This document shows positions 10,204 through 19,613 of a stretch of 64,000 nt of DNA, piece after piece. Within the stretch, counting starts at the first letter, position 1. Each line of letters starts with the position of its first letter. The notes under the pieces were generated by a model that was given only the letters and a program-made list of their open reading frames with translations, searched no databases and was not told where the DNA came from. The stretch lies in NCBI GenBank assembly GCA_963777955.1, contig CAVZSQ010000026.1, positions 26,457 to 90,456 on the forward strand, given 5' to 3'. Source of the stretch: Calditrichia bacterium (GTDB lineage: Bacteria; Calditrichota; Calditrichia; JAJRVZ01). The position numbers and the translations under genes are program-made.

Positions 10204-11220
10204 TTGAAGACAATGCAAATCAACCAGGGAAAACTCGTCAATTTCCTCGATTCTATAAAACGAGCAGGCAAAATTATCATCGCACCACGCCGGATTGGTG
10301 ATAAAGTTTATTTCAGCCGAGTGGATTCCTGGGACCAGCTAGAGTTTAATTTTATTCAAAGTACTCTCTCGGTCAAAGCGGCGCTTTTCCCGCGTATGGA
10401 AACTTTACTGCAATACAGCGCGGCTGCAAAGGGAATGACTGTCCAGGATGCCGAAGTTCCCGATAATGAAATTGTTGTCTTTGGTTTACACCCCTGTGAT
10501 GCTGCTGCTTTTGATTATGTCAGTGAATTCTTTGGCGAGGGTATTACTGATACCTATATCCGGAAAAGAAGATCAAAGATTACCTTAGTTACCCTGGGTT
10601 GTAAAAAAGCCGATGAGGCATGTTTCTGTACCAGCGTGGGCCTTGGTCCGGGTGCAGTGCAGGGGAGCGATCTGGTGCTTACCGAGATTAAGAATGGTGA
10701 TTATTATGTTGAAATACTGACCCCCACAGGTGAAGTTTTAATAGAATCCGCCAAGGATTTATTTCTGGATTGCGCCGAGATAGATAAAACTCCTTACCTG
10801 GCTCAGGTGCCGCAAAGATTCGATCTTCGCCCCCTCCAGGAAAAATTGGCGAACTGTTATGATGATCCGGCCTGGAAAAAACATTCCTTGCCCTGTTTAG
10901 GCTGCGGAGCCTGTGCTTTCGTATGTCCCACCTGTACCTGCTTTGACATTCAGGATGAGGGGACTTCCTGCAACGGTGTCCGTTTACGCTGCTGGGATTC
11001 ATGTGGTTTTCCATTGTTCACCCTGCATGCCTCGGGACATAATCCACGCCCGGTACAGAGTCAGCGCTGGCGGCAGCGCATGATGCATAAGTTCTTATAT
11101 TCGAAAAATAAAAACCATAACAGCAGTTGTGTAGGTTGCGGACGTTGTTTACGCAGTTGTCCGGCCCAGGTAAGTATCATCGAACAAATGCAAATGATTA
11201 ACCTAGCAGGGGTAAAATGA
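10204..11220 (+). CDS. Fe-S oxidoreductase, AsrA / sulfhydrogenase-beta / FlxB-like
   Basis: CLGCGACAFVCPTCTCFD and CVGCGRCLRSCP motifs with an AsrA/HydB-like layout. The start is TTG 10204 or ATG 10213. Confidence 0.65.
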   Translation: MKTMQINQGKLVNFLDSIKRAGKIIIAPRRIGDKVYFSRVDSWDQLEFNFIQSTLSVKAALFPRMETLLQYSAAAKGMTVQDAEVPDNEIVVFGLHPCDAAAFDYVSEFFGEGITDTYIRKRRSKITLVTLGCKKADEACFCTSVGLGPGAVQGSDLVLTEIKNGDYYVEILTPTGEVLIESAKDLFLDCAEIDKTPYLAQVPQRFDLRPLQEKLANCYDDPAWKKHSLPCLGCGACAFVCPTCTCFDIQDEGTSCNGVRLRCWDSCGFPLFTLHASGHNPRPVQSQRWRQRMMHKFLYSKNKNHNSSCVGCGRCLRSCPAQVSIIEQMQMINLAGVK

Positions 11221-12059
11221 ATTCGCCAGCCAATACCTATATTCCTTACTTGATGCGTATTGAAAAAATTATTGAGGAAGCTCCGGCCACTAAAACCTTC
11301 CGGCTTAAATTTATCGACCAGGAAAAGGGAGCAGATTTTGAATTCCAGGCCGGGCAATTCGGCGAATATTCGATCTTCGGAGAAGGGGAGAGTACTTTTT
11401 GTATTGCTTCTTCGCCCACCCGCCGGGAATATATTGAGTGTACTTTCCGCCAGGCCGGTCGGGTTACCACTGCTTTGACGAACTGTGAAGAGGGGGATAT
11501 CATCGGTTTTAGAGGTCCCTATGGCAATACGTTTCCAGTGGAACGATGGCGGGGTAAAAATCTGCTGTTCATTGCCGGCGGTATTGGCATGGCCCCGTTG
11601 CGCTGTGTTATCTGGAATGCCCTGGATCTGAGAGACCGTTTCGACCAGATCACTATTCTATACGGAGCCCGTACCGTTGCCGACCTGATTTACAAGGCAG
11701 AATTAAAGGAGTGGGGTTCGCGAAAGGATGTCCGCTTAGTCACTACCGTTGATCCCGGTGGAGAAGATCCTGACTGGAAAGGGGAGATTGGTTTCGTTCC
11801 TCATATTTTAAAGAAGATCGCTCCCGCCAGTCAAAATACGATAGCGATAGTCTGCGGTCCTCCGATCATGATCAAATTGACCATTCCCATCCTGACCGAA
11901 CTTAATTTTCCGGCAGATACTATTTATACTACGTTGGAAAACCGCATGAAATGCGGAGTCGGGAAATGCGGGCATTGTATGGTGGGTCCGGTATATGTAT
12001 GTAAGGATGGACCGGTGTTTACTTATGAACAAATGAAAAATTTACCTGCGGAATATTAA
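11217..12059 (+). CDS. FAD/NAD(P)-binding 2Fe-2S oxidoreductase, AsrB / sulfhydrogenase-gamma / FlxA-like
   Basis: FNR-type fold (FQAGQF...IASSP, LLFIAGGIGMAPLR) plus a C-terminal CGVGKCGHCMVG cluster. It overlaps the upstream gene by 4 nt. Confidence 0.75.
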   Translation: MNSPANTYIPYLMRIEKIIEEAPATKTFRLKFIDQEKGADFEFQAGQFGEYSIFGEGESTFCIASSPTRREYIECTFRQAGRVTTALTNCEEGDIIGFRGPYGNTFPVERWRGKNLLFIAGGIGMAPLRCVIWNALDLRDRFDQITILYGARTVADLIYKAELKEWGSRKDVRLVTTVDPGGEDPDWKGEIGFVPHILKKIAPASQNTIAIVCGPPIMIKLTIPILTELNFPADTIYTTLENRMKCGVGKCGHCMVGPVYVCKDGPVFTYEQMKNLPAEY

Positions 12060-12081
12060 TTCTTCTTCTCACTAAATAATT

Positions 12082-12660
12082 ATGAAGAGAGCGGTATCTA
12101 AAGATAAAATTGTTTCTTTTGATGACGAAAAACTGATCGCGGTCGATGAGCAGGATAACATCGTTGCTTATAGAACCAGGATCGAATGTCATCAGGGTGA
12201 AGGTATTCTGCACCGGGCTTTTTCGATTTTCATTTTCAATGGTCAACAGGAACTCCTCCTGCAGAAACGCAGCGCTCAGAAACTGCTCTGGCCGGATTTC
12301 TGGTCCAACAGTTGTTGCAGTCATCCCCGTCAGGGTGAGAAAACGGAAATTGCTGCCAGACGCCGGCTGAAAGAAGAATTGGGAATTGAAGCCGGGCTGA
12401 TTTATCTCTATACCTTTCAGTATCATGCCCGCTTTGGGTCCATCGGATCTGAGCGGGAATTATGCGCAGTATATGTTGGTACAAGTGATGAACCTGTCCG
12501 TTTTAATCAGAATGAGATCTCTGTCTGCAAATATCTTGATATTGATTCCCTGACTGCTGATTTAGTGACTAATCCTGATAGATATACACCCTGGTTCCAG
12601 CTGGAATGGCAGCGGTTGATGCGGGAATACAGGGATAAAATAACTGCCATGTTTATCTAA
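12082..12660 (+). CDS. idi: isopentenyl-diphosphate delta-isomerase, type 1 (Nudix)
   Basis: HRAFSIFIFN...LLLQKRS..K..WP..WSNSCCSHP..GE...A..RRL.EELGI matches the Idi type-1 pattern. Confidence 0.85.
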   Translation: MKRAVSKDKIVSFDDEKLIAVDEQDNIVAYRTRIECHQGEGILHRAFSIFIFNGQQELLLQKRSAQKLLWPDFWSNSCCSHPRQGEKTEIAARRRLKEELGIEAGLIYLYTFQYHARFGSIGSERELCAVYVGTSDEPVRFNQNEISVCKYLDIDSLTADLVTNPDRYTPWFQLEWQRLMREYRDKITAMFI

Positions 12661-12809
12661 AATACCGATCTTTTATGTTATTATGGTGCTATATTTAAAG
12701 TGATAGATGAGCAAAATAACCTCAAATAATAGAAATCCCCTTATATTTATAGTAATACTTTAATTATATTAGACAATTATTCTTAGAATTACATTGTGAA
12801 AGTTATTTC

Positions 12810-13880
12810 GTCCCTGGCGGGACTACACGATATTGGTGTGATCGTGTATCTATAGATATATTGTCCCTGACGGGACAATCGCAAATATGCGGAGCCAATT
12901 TTGTTATAATTATTTTGTCTTTGGCGGGACTACCGATATGTGTGTGATCGTGTATCTATAAATATTTTGTCCCTGGCGGGACAATCGCAAATATGCGGAG
13001 TCAATTTTATTATAATTATTTTGTCCCTGACGGGACTACCGATATGTGTGTGATCGTGTATCTATAGATATATTGTCCCTGGCGGGACAATCGCAAATAT
13101 GCGGAGTCAATTTTATTATAATTATTTTGTCCCTGGCGGGACAATCGCAAATATGCGGAGTCAATTTTATTATAATTATTTTGTCCCTGGCGGGACAATC
13201 ACAAATATGCGGATCAAGTTTATCTATAGATATTTTGTCCCTGGCGGGACAATCGCAAATATGCGGAGCCAATTTTATTATAATTATTTATCCCTGACGG
13301 GACTACACATATATGGGTGATCGTGTATCTATAGATATCTTGTCCCTGGCGGGACAATCGCAAATATGCGGAGTCAATTTTATTATAATTATTTTGTCCC
13401 TGACGGGACTACACGATATTGGTGTGATCGTGTATCTATAGATATATTGTCCCTGACGGGACAATCGCATATATGAACTGAGCATTTGTCATAATTATTT
13501 TCTCCCTGGCGGGATGCTGATATATGGGAATCGTGCATCTATAAATATAATGTCCCTGGCGGGACAATCGCAAATATATGCGGAGCCAATTTTGTTATAA
13601 TTATTTTGTCCCTGACGGGACTACACGATATTGTGTGTGATCATATATCTATAAATATATTGTCCCTGGCGGGACAATCGCATATATGCGGAGTCAATTT
13701 TGTTATAATTATTTTGTCCCTGACGGGACTACACATATTGAGTGTGATCGTGTATCTATAGATATCTTGTCCCTGACGGGACATCGCATATATGCGGAGC
13801 CATTGTTATAATATATTGCCCTGGCGGGACTACCGATATTGGGGAACGTGTATCTATAAATATGTTGTCCCTGACGGGAC
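12810..13880. repeat. tandem hairpin-repeat array, block 1: 21 copies of GTCCCTGRCGGGAC with two alternating linker families (about 106-bp dimer unit)
   Basis: Palindrome starts: 12810, 12863, 12917, 12969, 13023, 13075, 13129, 13183, 13237, 13290, 13342, 13396, 13449, 13502, 13552, 13608, 13662, 13716, 13769, 13818, 13867. Linker A is about TACCGATATGTGTGTGATCGTGTATCTATAGATATATT. Linker B is about AATCGCAAATATGCGGAGTCAATTTTATTATAATTATTTT. Confidence 0.95.
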
Positions 13881-14022
13881 AATAATCCGTAATAAATAAT
13901 AGATCTTTAATATTCATCTTATAGATTAAAATGTAGTTCAAGGTACGGATTTATACTATGCAATCACCCATAATATTGTCCCATAAGGATCGAATATTAT
14001 GAAATTGTTAGCACAGCATGTA

Positions 14023-14506
14023 GTCCCTTCAGGGACGACATATCTATAGCAATCGCCCATCCTCACAATCGCTAGTCCCGCCAGGGACGTAATATTTATG
14101 ACAATCGCCAATCATCCCAGAATCTTCAGTCCCGCAGGGACGACATATCTATAGCAATCGCTCATCCCCACAATCGCTAGTCCCGCCAGGGACGTAATAT
14201 TTATGACAATCGCCAATCACCTAGAATCTTCAGTCCCGCAGGGACGACATATCTATAGCAATCGCTCATCCCCACAATTGCCAGTCCCGCCAGGGACGTA
14301 ATATTTATGACAATCGCCAATCACCCAGAATCTTCAGTCCCGCAGGGACGACATATCTATAGCAATCGCCCATCCTCACAATCGCTAGTCCCGCCAGGGA
14401 CGTAATATTTATGACAATCGCCAATCACCCAGAATCTTCAGTCCCGTCAGGGACGACATATCTATAGCAATCGCCCATCCTCACAATCGCTAGTCCCGCC
14501 AGGGAC
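14023..14506. repeat. tandem hairpin-repeat array, block 2: 10 copies of the same stem with inverted loop polarity (GTCCCGCCAGGGAC / GTCCCGCAGGGAC), about 105-bp dimer unit
   Basis: Palindrome starts: 14023, 14075, 14129, 14180, 14233, 14284, 14337, 14388, 14441, 14493. The linkers GTAATATTTATGACAATCGCCAATCACCCAGAATCTTCA and GACATATCTATAGCAATCGCCCATCCTCACAATCGCTA alternate almost perfectly. Confidence 0.95.
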
Positions 14507-14629
14507 GTGATATCCCTGATAATATTAAAAAAATTTGGATAATTAGAATCGGGTCGTTAAAATTTCTTATTCCTGTCCGAAGATGGGTCAGATCCACATC
14601 AGTATTTAAATTTGAAGGGAGAATGAGAC

Positions 14630-16306
14630 ATGCTAAAATCAAAAAAATACGCAATAATAATTCTAACTCTTGCTACACTTTTGAGCGCATGTTTTACTGC
14701 AGATCAACCGCGCACAATTCAGCGCAGCGATGTGATTTCTGCCGAAAATATTATAGGGCTGAATTTTACCGATGCCGAGCGGGATTCTCTGCTGAAAGAT
14801 TTACAGGATAACCGCCGCCAGGCCTATTCTAAGATCCACGAAATAGTGATACCGAACCAGATCCCCCCGGCGCTCACATTTAATCCGATCCCGCTGGGAT
14901 TCCAACCCAAAAATCAGCAGAACATTTTAAAGTTGAGCCCCCCGCAGCAACTGACTGTGCCCGAAAACAGGGAAGAGTTGTGCTTTTATACTGTACGTGA
15001 TCTGGGTGAACTGCTGCGTACCCGCAAGATTACATCGGTTGAATTGACGCACTTATACTTAAACCGCTTAAAAAAATATGATCCGCAATTGCATTGTGTC
15101 ATCTCTCTGACGGAAGAGCTGGCTTTGCAGGAAGCACAGGCTGCCGATCAGGAAATCGCAGCCGGTAATTACCGTGGTCCGTTGCATGGTATCCCCTATG
15201 GCGCTAAAGATCTGCTGGCGGTCAAAAAATATAAAACGACCTGGGGTGCCATGCCTTATAAAGATCAGGTTATCGACCGTGATGCAACTGTTATTAAAAA
15301 ATTACATGCCGCCGGCGCAGTGCTGGTGGCTAAACTTACCCTGGGCGCACTGGCCTGGGGGGACGTGTGGTACGGAGGTAAGACCCGAAATCCCTGGGAT
15401 CCACAGGAAGGTTCCAGTGGATCGTCAGCAGGATCAGCCGCGGCAACTGCGGCCGGACTGGTTCCTTTCGCTATTGGTACCGAAACCTGGGGCTCAATTG
15501 TGTCCCCTTCGACACGCTGTGGTACCAGCGGTCTGCGTCCCACTTACGGGCGGGTCAGCAGAACCGGAGCCATGGCCCTGAGTTGGTCCATGGATAAAAT
15601 CGGTCCCATCTGCCGGTCGGTCGAAGACTGTGCCATAATATTTAATACAATATATGGACCGGATAATGAAGACCAGTCAGTCTATGACTTTCCTTACAGT
15701 TATGATGCCAATCTGGATCCCACCCGATTAAAAGTCGGGTATCTGAAATCTGCTTTTGAGGAAAAATATGACCAGCAGCGATTGGATCAGGAAACTCTGG
15801 ATATAATGCAGCAGAAGTTGAACGTACAGTTAATTCCCATCACACTGCCAGATCTCCCGATTCAGTCCCTGGCCATTATCTTAAATGCCGAGGCCGCTGC
15901 CGCATTTGACGATTTAACCCGTTCCAACCGCGATGATTTAATGGTGCGGCAGGTGCGCGATGCCTGGCCCAACGTTTTCCGTGCTTCACGATTCATCCCG
16001 GCAGTTGAATATATTCAGGCAAACCGTATTCGCTTTATGCTGATCCAGGAGATGCGTAAATTGTTTGAACAGATTGATATCTATATCGCACCTTCCTTTG
16101 CCGAGGATAATCTGCTGCTGACCAATCTTAGCGGACATCCTTGTGTGGTGCTGCCGAATGGTTTTGATCAGAAGGGCAACCCAACCAGTATCAGTATCAT
16201 CGGTAATTTATTTGATGAGGGCAGATTACTGGCTTTTGCCAATGCCTACCAGCAGGCCACCTCATTTCATAAACAATATCCGCCACAATTTAAAGTTTCT
16301 GATTAA
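14630..16306 (+). CDS. amidase-signature family enzyme, predicted lipoprotein
   Basis: Lipobox LLSAC after an N-terminal hydrophobic segment. Amidase signature GSSGSSAGSAAATAAGLVPFAIGTETWGSI..P and a KD(L/N) catalytic Lys region. Confidence 0.85.
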   Translation: MLKSKKYAIIILTLATLLSACFTADQPRTIQRSDVISAENIIGLNFTDAERDSLLKDLQDNRRQAYSKIHEIVIPNQIPPALTFNPIPLGFQPKNQQNILKLSPPQQLTVPENREELCFYTVRDLGELLRTRKITSVELTHLYLNRLKKYDPQLHCVISLTEELALQEAQAADQEIAAGNYRGPLHGIPYGAKDLLAVKKYKTTWGAMPYKDQVIDRDATVIKKLHAAGAVLVAKLTLGALAWGDVWYGGKTRNPWDPQEGSSGSSAGSAAATAAGLVPFAIGTETWGSIVSPSTRCGTSGLRPTYGRVSRTGAMALSWSMDKIGPICRSVEDCAIIFNTIYGPDNEDQSVYDFPYSYDANLDPTRLKVGYLKSAFEEKYDQQRLDQETLDIMQQKLNVQLIPITLPDLPIQSLAIILNAEAAAAFDDLTRSNRDDLMVRQVRDAWPNVFRASRFIPAVEYIQANRIRFMLIQEMRKLFEQIDIYIAPSFAEDNLLLTNLSGHPCVVLPNGFDQKGNPTSISIIGNLFDEGRLLAFANAYQQATSFHKQYPPQFKVSD

Positions 16307-16307
16307 A

Positions 16308-16330
16308 TAACCGCGGAACGTCTGCGGTTA
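16308..16330. terminator. putative bidirectional terminator hairpin between convergent amidase and selB genes
   Basis: TAACCGC-GGAACGTCT-GCGGTTA lies in the 29-nt gap between the two stop codons. The flanks are A/T-rich on both sides. Confidence 0.45.
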
Positions 16331-16335
16331 ATATC

Positions 16336-18249
16336 TTATAAATTAGGGCCTTTTTTTCGAATGTCGCCGCTGCGAATGGTGAAACCGCTGGCATCCAGAT
16401 ATTCGAAAATGGGTATGGCATATTTTCTGGTTGTGGCAATAAAATTTTTTAAAGCCGCCACCGGCATTTGTGCTTGACCCGAGAAATAATCCCGCAGAAA
16501 CTGAATTAACTGTTCGTGAACCGCATGATGCAAAAATAATTTTTGATTGATGGAAAACAGCAGTTTCTGCCTGATCAAAGTATTGATCAGTACGCGCACT
16601 TCTTCGACCGGCATTTGCAGCAATCCGGATAATTCAGTTATATCAGGCGGGCTGAATTTGGCCCTGGCCAGTTTTTCCAGAAGATGTTCTCCGGACTGGT
16701 TCAGATCCTGAGCGATCTTGATGGTAAAATCAGCAAGAGAATAAACATTCTGATCCTGCTTAATAAGATTAGCTTTCACTGAATTCTGCAAAACCGCTGT
16801 ATATAATTCTTCCGGCAGCCAGTTTTTTCCGGTACCTGTTCTTAATTCCGGCAAATTAATTCCGGCCTTAAGGGGATTGCGGCGATGAAAATTTCTGATA
16901 TGATCGGTGATTTCAGCACTTAGCGCTTTAAAATGAGCGGTATGAACATAATGTTCCGATCCTTTGATGGTAATTATCCGGACTTTCTCCGCCGCCGCCA
17001 GTTCGGCAGTATATTTTTTAATGGTATCCGGCTGTTCGAATAGTTTTGCCTGCAAAAATTGCCAGGGCAGGGGATTGAGTTCCTGATCGAAAATTATCCT
17101 TTCGATCTGTGCCGGAACGTCATTTCCGGACATGACGGCAAAGTATTCCGGCCAGTTTTTTTCTGCCGATGCCAGGCGGGCTGGATTAATCTCCAGGATA
17201 GTTCCACCGGCCAGAGTAAGCACCGGGGAATGCCGGCGGACCAGAAAGGCATCACCGGGTGCAGCCGCGACCGCTTCGTCTAATTTAATGCGAACATGGT
17301 AGGATTGATTTGCCTGCAGAAAACGTGTATCATCATACCAGAAAATATGACCCGGTTTTTCTGCCGTACCGGTATATACCTGTACCCGGCTCCGGTTTTT
17401 AATTTGAACAGGTAAATGGGAAACCGTGCGCAGGCTGCCGCAAAATTCAATGACCGGCAGCATGGTACCGGGTGGTGCCAGCACATCACCGCGAAGAATC
17501 TCGTCTTTAGCCAGGTCACTGAGATTTACCGAGGCCCGCTGATTTATTTCGACCTGATCGGTGTCCCGGGTATGGATCTGTAATCCCCGCACTTTGACTT
17601 TCTTGCCGCCGGGATAAATCTCTACTTCTGCACCTGTATTCAGGTTTCCGCTCAGAACGGTCCCGGTCACCACGGTACCAAAACCTTTGATCTGAAAGGA
17701 TCGGTCGATCGACAGGCGGAAAGGACGGCTGGAATGTTTCTGCCGGGCAGTATTGATTTTATCTTCGATAGCCTGCCGGAGCTGAACGATATTGATATTT
17801 TTCAGCGCCGAAACAGGAATTACCGGTAAATGTTCAAGGCTGTATTTTTTTAATAAACTCACAACCTCCTGTTGAACCAGTTCCAGCCACGGTTGCTCCA
17901 CCAGGTCGATTTTGTTAAGTACCACAATACCATCACGGATATTAAAGAAATTCAATATATCCAGATGCTCAATTGTTTGCGGCATAATACCATCATCGGC
18001 GGCAATAACCAGCAGGAAAAAATCGATGGTACTCACCCCGGCCACCATGTTGCGGATGAATTTTTCATGACCGGGTACATCAATAATAGTTACCTGATCA
18101 TGCCAGTAGGCGAAACCGATATCGATGGTGATACCGCGTTCTTTTTCTTCTTTTAACCGGTCGGTATCGATACCGGTAAGGGCTTTGATTAAGGCGGTTT
18201 TTCCGTGATCAATATGTCCCGCGGTGCCGATGATAGTGTGTTTGTTCAT
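16336..18249 (-). CDS. selB: selenocysteine-specific translation elongation factor
   Basis: GTPase motifs [16 protein letters not shown] and NKID, followed by long C-terminal winged-helix extensions (637 aa). It lies immediately downstream of selA with a 4-nt overlap. Confidence 0.92.
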   Translation of the reverse strand: MNKHTIIGTAGHIDHGKTALIKALTGIDTDRLKEEKERGITIDIGFAYWHDQVTIIDVPGHEKFIRNMVAGVSTIDFFLLVIAADDGIMPQTIEHLDILNFFNIRDGIVVLNKIDLVEQPWLELVQQEVVSLLKKYSLEHLPVIPVSALKNINIVQLRQAIEDKINTARQKHSSRPFRLSIDRSFQIKGFGTVVTGTVLSGNLNTGAEVEIYPGGKKVKVRGLQIHTRDTDQVEINQRASVNLSDLAKDEILRGDVLAPPGTMLPVIEFCGSLRTVSHLPVQIKNRSRVQVYTGTAEKPGHIFWYDDTRFLQANQSYHVRIKLDEAVAAAPGDAFLVRRHSPVLTLAGGTILEINPARLASAEKNWPEYFAVMSGNDVPAQIERIIFDQELNPLPWQFLQAKLFEQPDTIKKYTAELAAAEKVRIITIKGSEHYVHTAHFKALSAEITDHIRNFHRRNPLKAGINLPELRTGTGKNWLPEELYTAVLQNSVKANLIKQDQNVYSLADFTIKIAQDLNQSGEHLLEKLARAKFSPPDITELSGLLQMPVEEVRVLINTLIRQKLLFSINQKLFLHHAVHEQLIQFLRDYFSGQAQMPVAALKNFIATTRKYAIPIFEYLDASGFTIRSGDIRKKGPNL

Positions 18250-19613
18250 GGCAGGTTATTCAGGGCGGATATAATTTCAGAGCAATCTTTTTTGAATACA
18301 GCCAGCAGGTTAAGATGAAAGAAATCATTTTCGATGTAGCCGATAATGGGTATGGCACGCTTGCGGAAATAAGCGGAAACTTTTTCACTGGTCAGTGTTT
18401 GAGATATAATCTTCAAGGCTACTGCCGGAAGCGGAAATACCGGATATGCTCCGCTGCCCACCCGGCCCTGCGCTTCTTCGACTATTACTTTATCGCGCAA
18501 TTCCGCTTTTAAACTGCCGAGAATTTCACGGGCCAGCATCCTTAATTCTTCGGGTCGGCGTGATAATAAGTTCAGGGTCAGATTATCCTGCCGCAGGGAT
18601 TCTTGTTTCAGATATTTCCTCAGACAATCGGCCAGCAAGCTCAGGGTTGTCTTATTACAGCGTAAGGCGCGCAATAAATGATTCTGTCTGATTTTTTTCA
18701 GTAATTCTTTTTTACCCAGGATGATGCCGGACTGAGGGCCGCCCAGCAGTTTATCTCCGGAGAAAGTTACGATGTCGATTCCTGCGCTGATCATTTCGCT
18801 TACCACCGGCTCGTAACCTAAACCCAGTTCACGCATATCGACCAGCGCACCGCTGCCCAGATCGAAAATCAACGGCAACTGCTTTGCCTGAGCCAGGTTG
18901 TGGACATCTTTGATCGCCGGTTTAGCTGTAAAGCCTACGATTTGATAGTTACTGGGATGAACCAGCAGAATAGCGGCCGTACGGGCAGTAATGGCCTGTT
19001 CATAATCAGTTAAATGAGTTTTATTGGTAGTACCCACTTCCACCATTTTTGCCCGGCTTATTTTCATCACATCCGGCATGCGGAAGGATCCCCCGATCTC
19101 AACCAGTTCACCGCGGGAGACGATGACCTCTTTATTGACGGCCAGGCTGTTCAGGGTCAGCAGAACCGCCGCAGCATTGTTATTTACTACCACGGCATCT
19201 TCTGCACCGGTTAATATTTTTAGCAGTGGAACCACATGATCCAGGCGCTCACCGCGTTTACCGTTCTCCAGGTTAATTTCCAGATCAACGTATCCAGCCT
19301 GCTGCGATAGCAGCCGGAGATCCTGATCAGCAAAGGGCGCGCGTCCCAAACCGGTATGGAGAATAACACCGCTGCAATTGATGACATGTTTACAGGCCGG
19401 AACCAGCAGGGCTGCGATCGTTTTTTCCACCCGCTGGCTGATCAGCGTTAATAGTTCTTCACGGTCCGCTTGCTGCAGGGGGGTCTGACGCAACTGAGTC
19501 AGTTCTGTTTCAATAATCCGTTTTAGATAGATCTGATCGAGGTGCCGCAATTGCGGGGCCAGCTGTTCAAGTATCTGGTTGACGGGCGGTATATTTGCGA
19601 AGGGATTAGTCAT
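18246..19613 (-). CDS. selA: L-seryl-tRNA(Sec) selenium transferase
   Basis: 455 aa with INCSGVILHTGLGRAP, the PLP-lysine region FSGDKLLGGPQSG, and the overall SelA layout. Confidence 0.9.
   Translation of the reverse strand: MTNPFANIPPVNQILEQLAPQLRHLDQIYLKRIIETELTQLRQTPLQQADREELLTLISQRVEKTIAALLVPACKHVINCSGVILHTGLGRAPFADQDLRLLSQQAGYVDLEINLENGKRGERLDHVVPLLKILTGAEDAVVVNNNAAAVLLTLNSLAVNKEVIVSRGELVEIGGSFRMPDVMKISRAKMVEVGTTNKTHLTDYEQAITARTAAILLVHPSNYQIVGFTAKPAIKDVHNLAQAKQLPLIFDLGSGALVDMRELGLGYEPVVSEMISAGIDIVTFSGDKLLGGPQSGIILGKKELLKKIRQNHLLRALRCNKTTLSLLADCLRKYLKQESLRQDNLTLNLLSRRPEELRMLAREILGSLKAELRDKVIVEEAQGRVGSGAYPVFPLPAVALKIISQTLTSEKVSAYFRKRAIPIIGYIENDFFHLNLLAVFKKDCSEIISALNNLP

Noticed and set aside
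13016-13941. ORFs inside the repeat array (13016-13198, 13036-13272, 13046-13297, 13099-13320, 13303-13485, 13756-13941) encoding repetitive peptides such as CDCPARDKIIIIKLTPHI
   Set aside because: They exist in several frames on both strands only because the DNA is tandemly repeated and stop-poor. They have no RBS and no coding-like composition, and the peptide periodicity equals the DNA repeat.
13881-14022. Chromosomal origin (oriC) or dif site at the AT-rich junction between the two repeat blocks
   Set aside because: I saw no DnaA-box-like TTATCCACA motifs and no dnaA/dnaN, xerCD-type or par genes nearby. It is kept only as a hypothesis to test, not a call.
12810-14506. CRISPR array interpretation of the interspaced palindromic repeats
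   Set aside because: The 'spacers' are not unique. They fall into two (block 1) or two other (block 2) repeated linker families, and the whole region is a 105-106-bp tandem repeat. No cas genes and no leader-like asymmetry are present in the window.
12810-14506. Hairpins as stacked rho-independent terminators
   Set aside because: The 5-bp stems are followed by AATCGC/TACCG on the plus strand and by an A-run on the minus strand. There is no downstream T-tract in either orientation.
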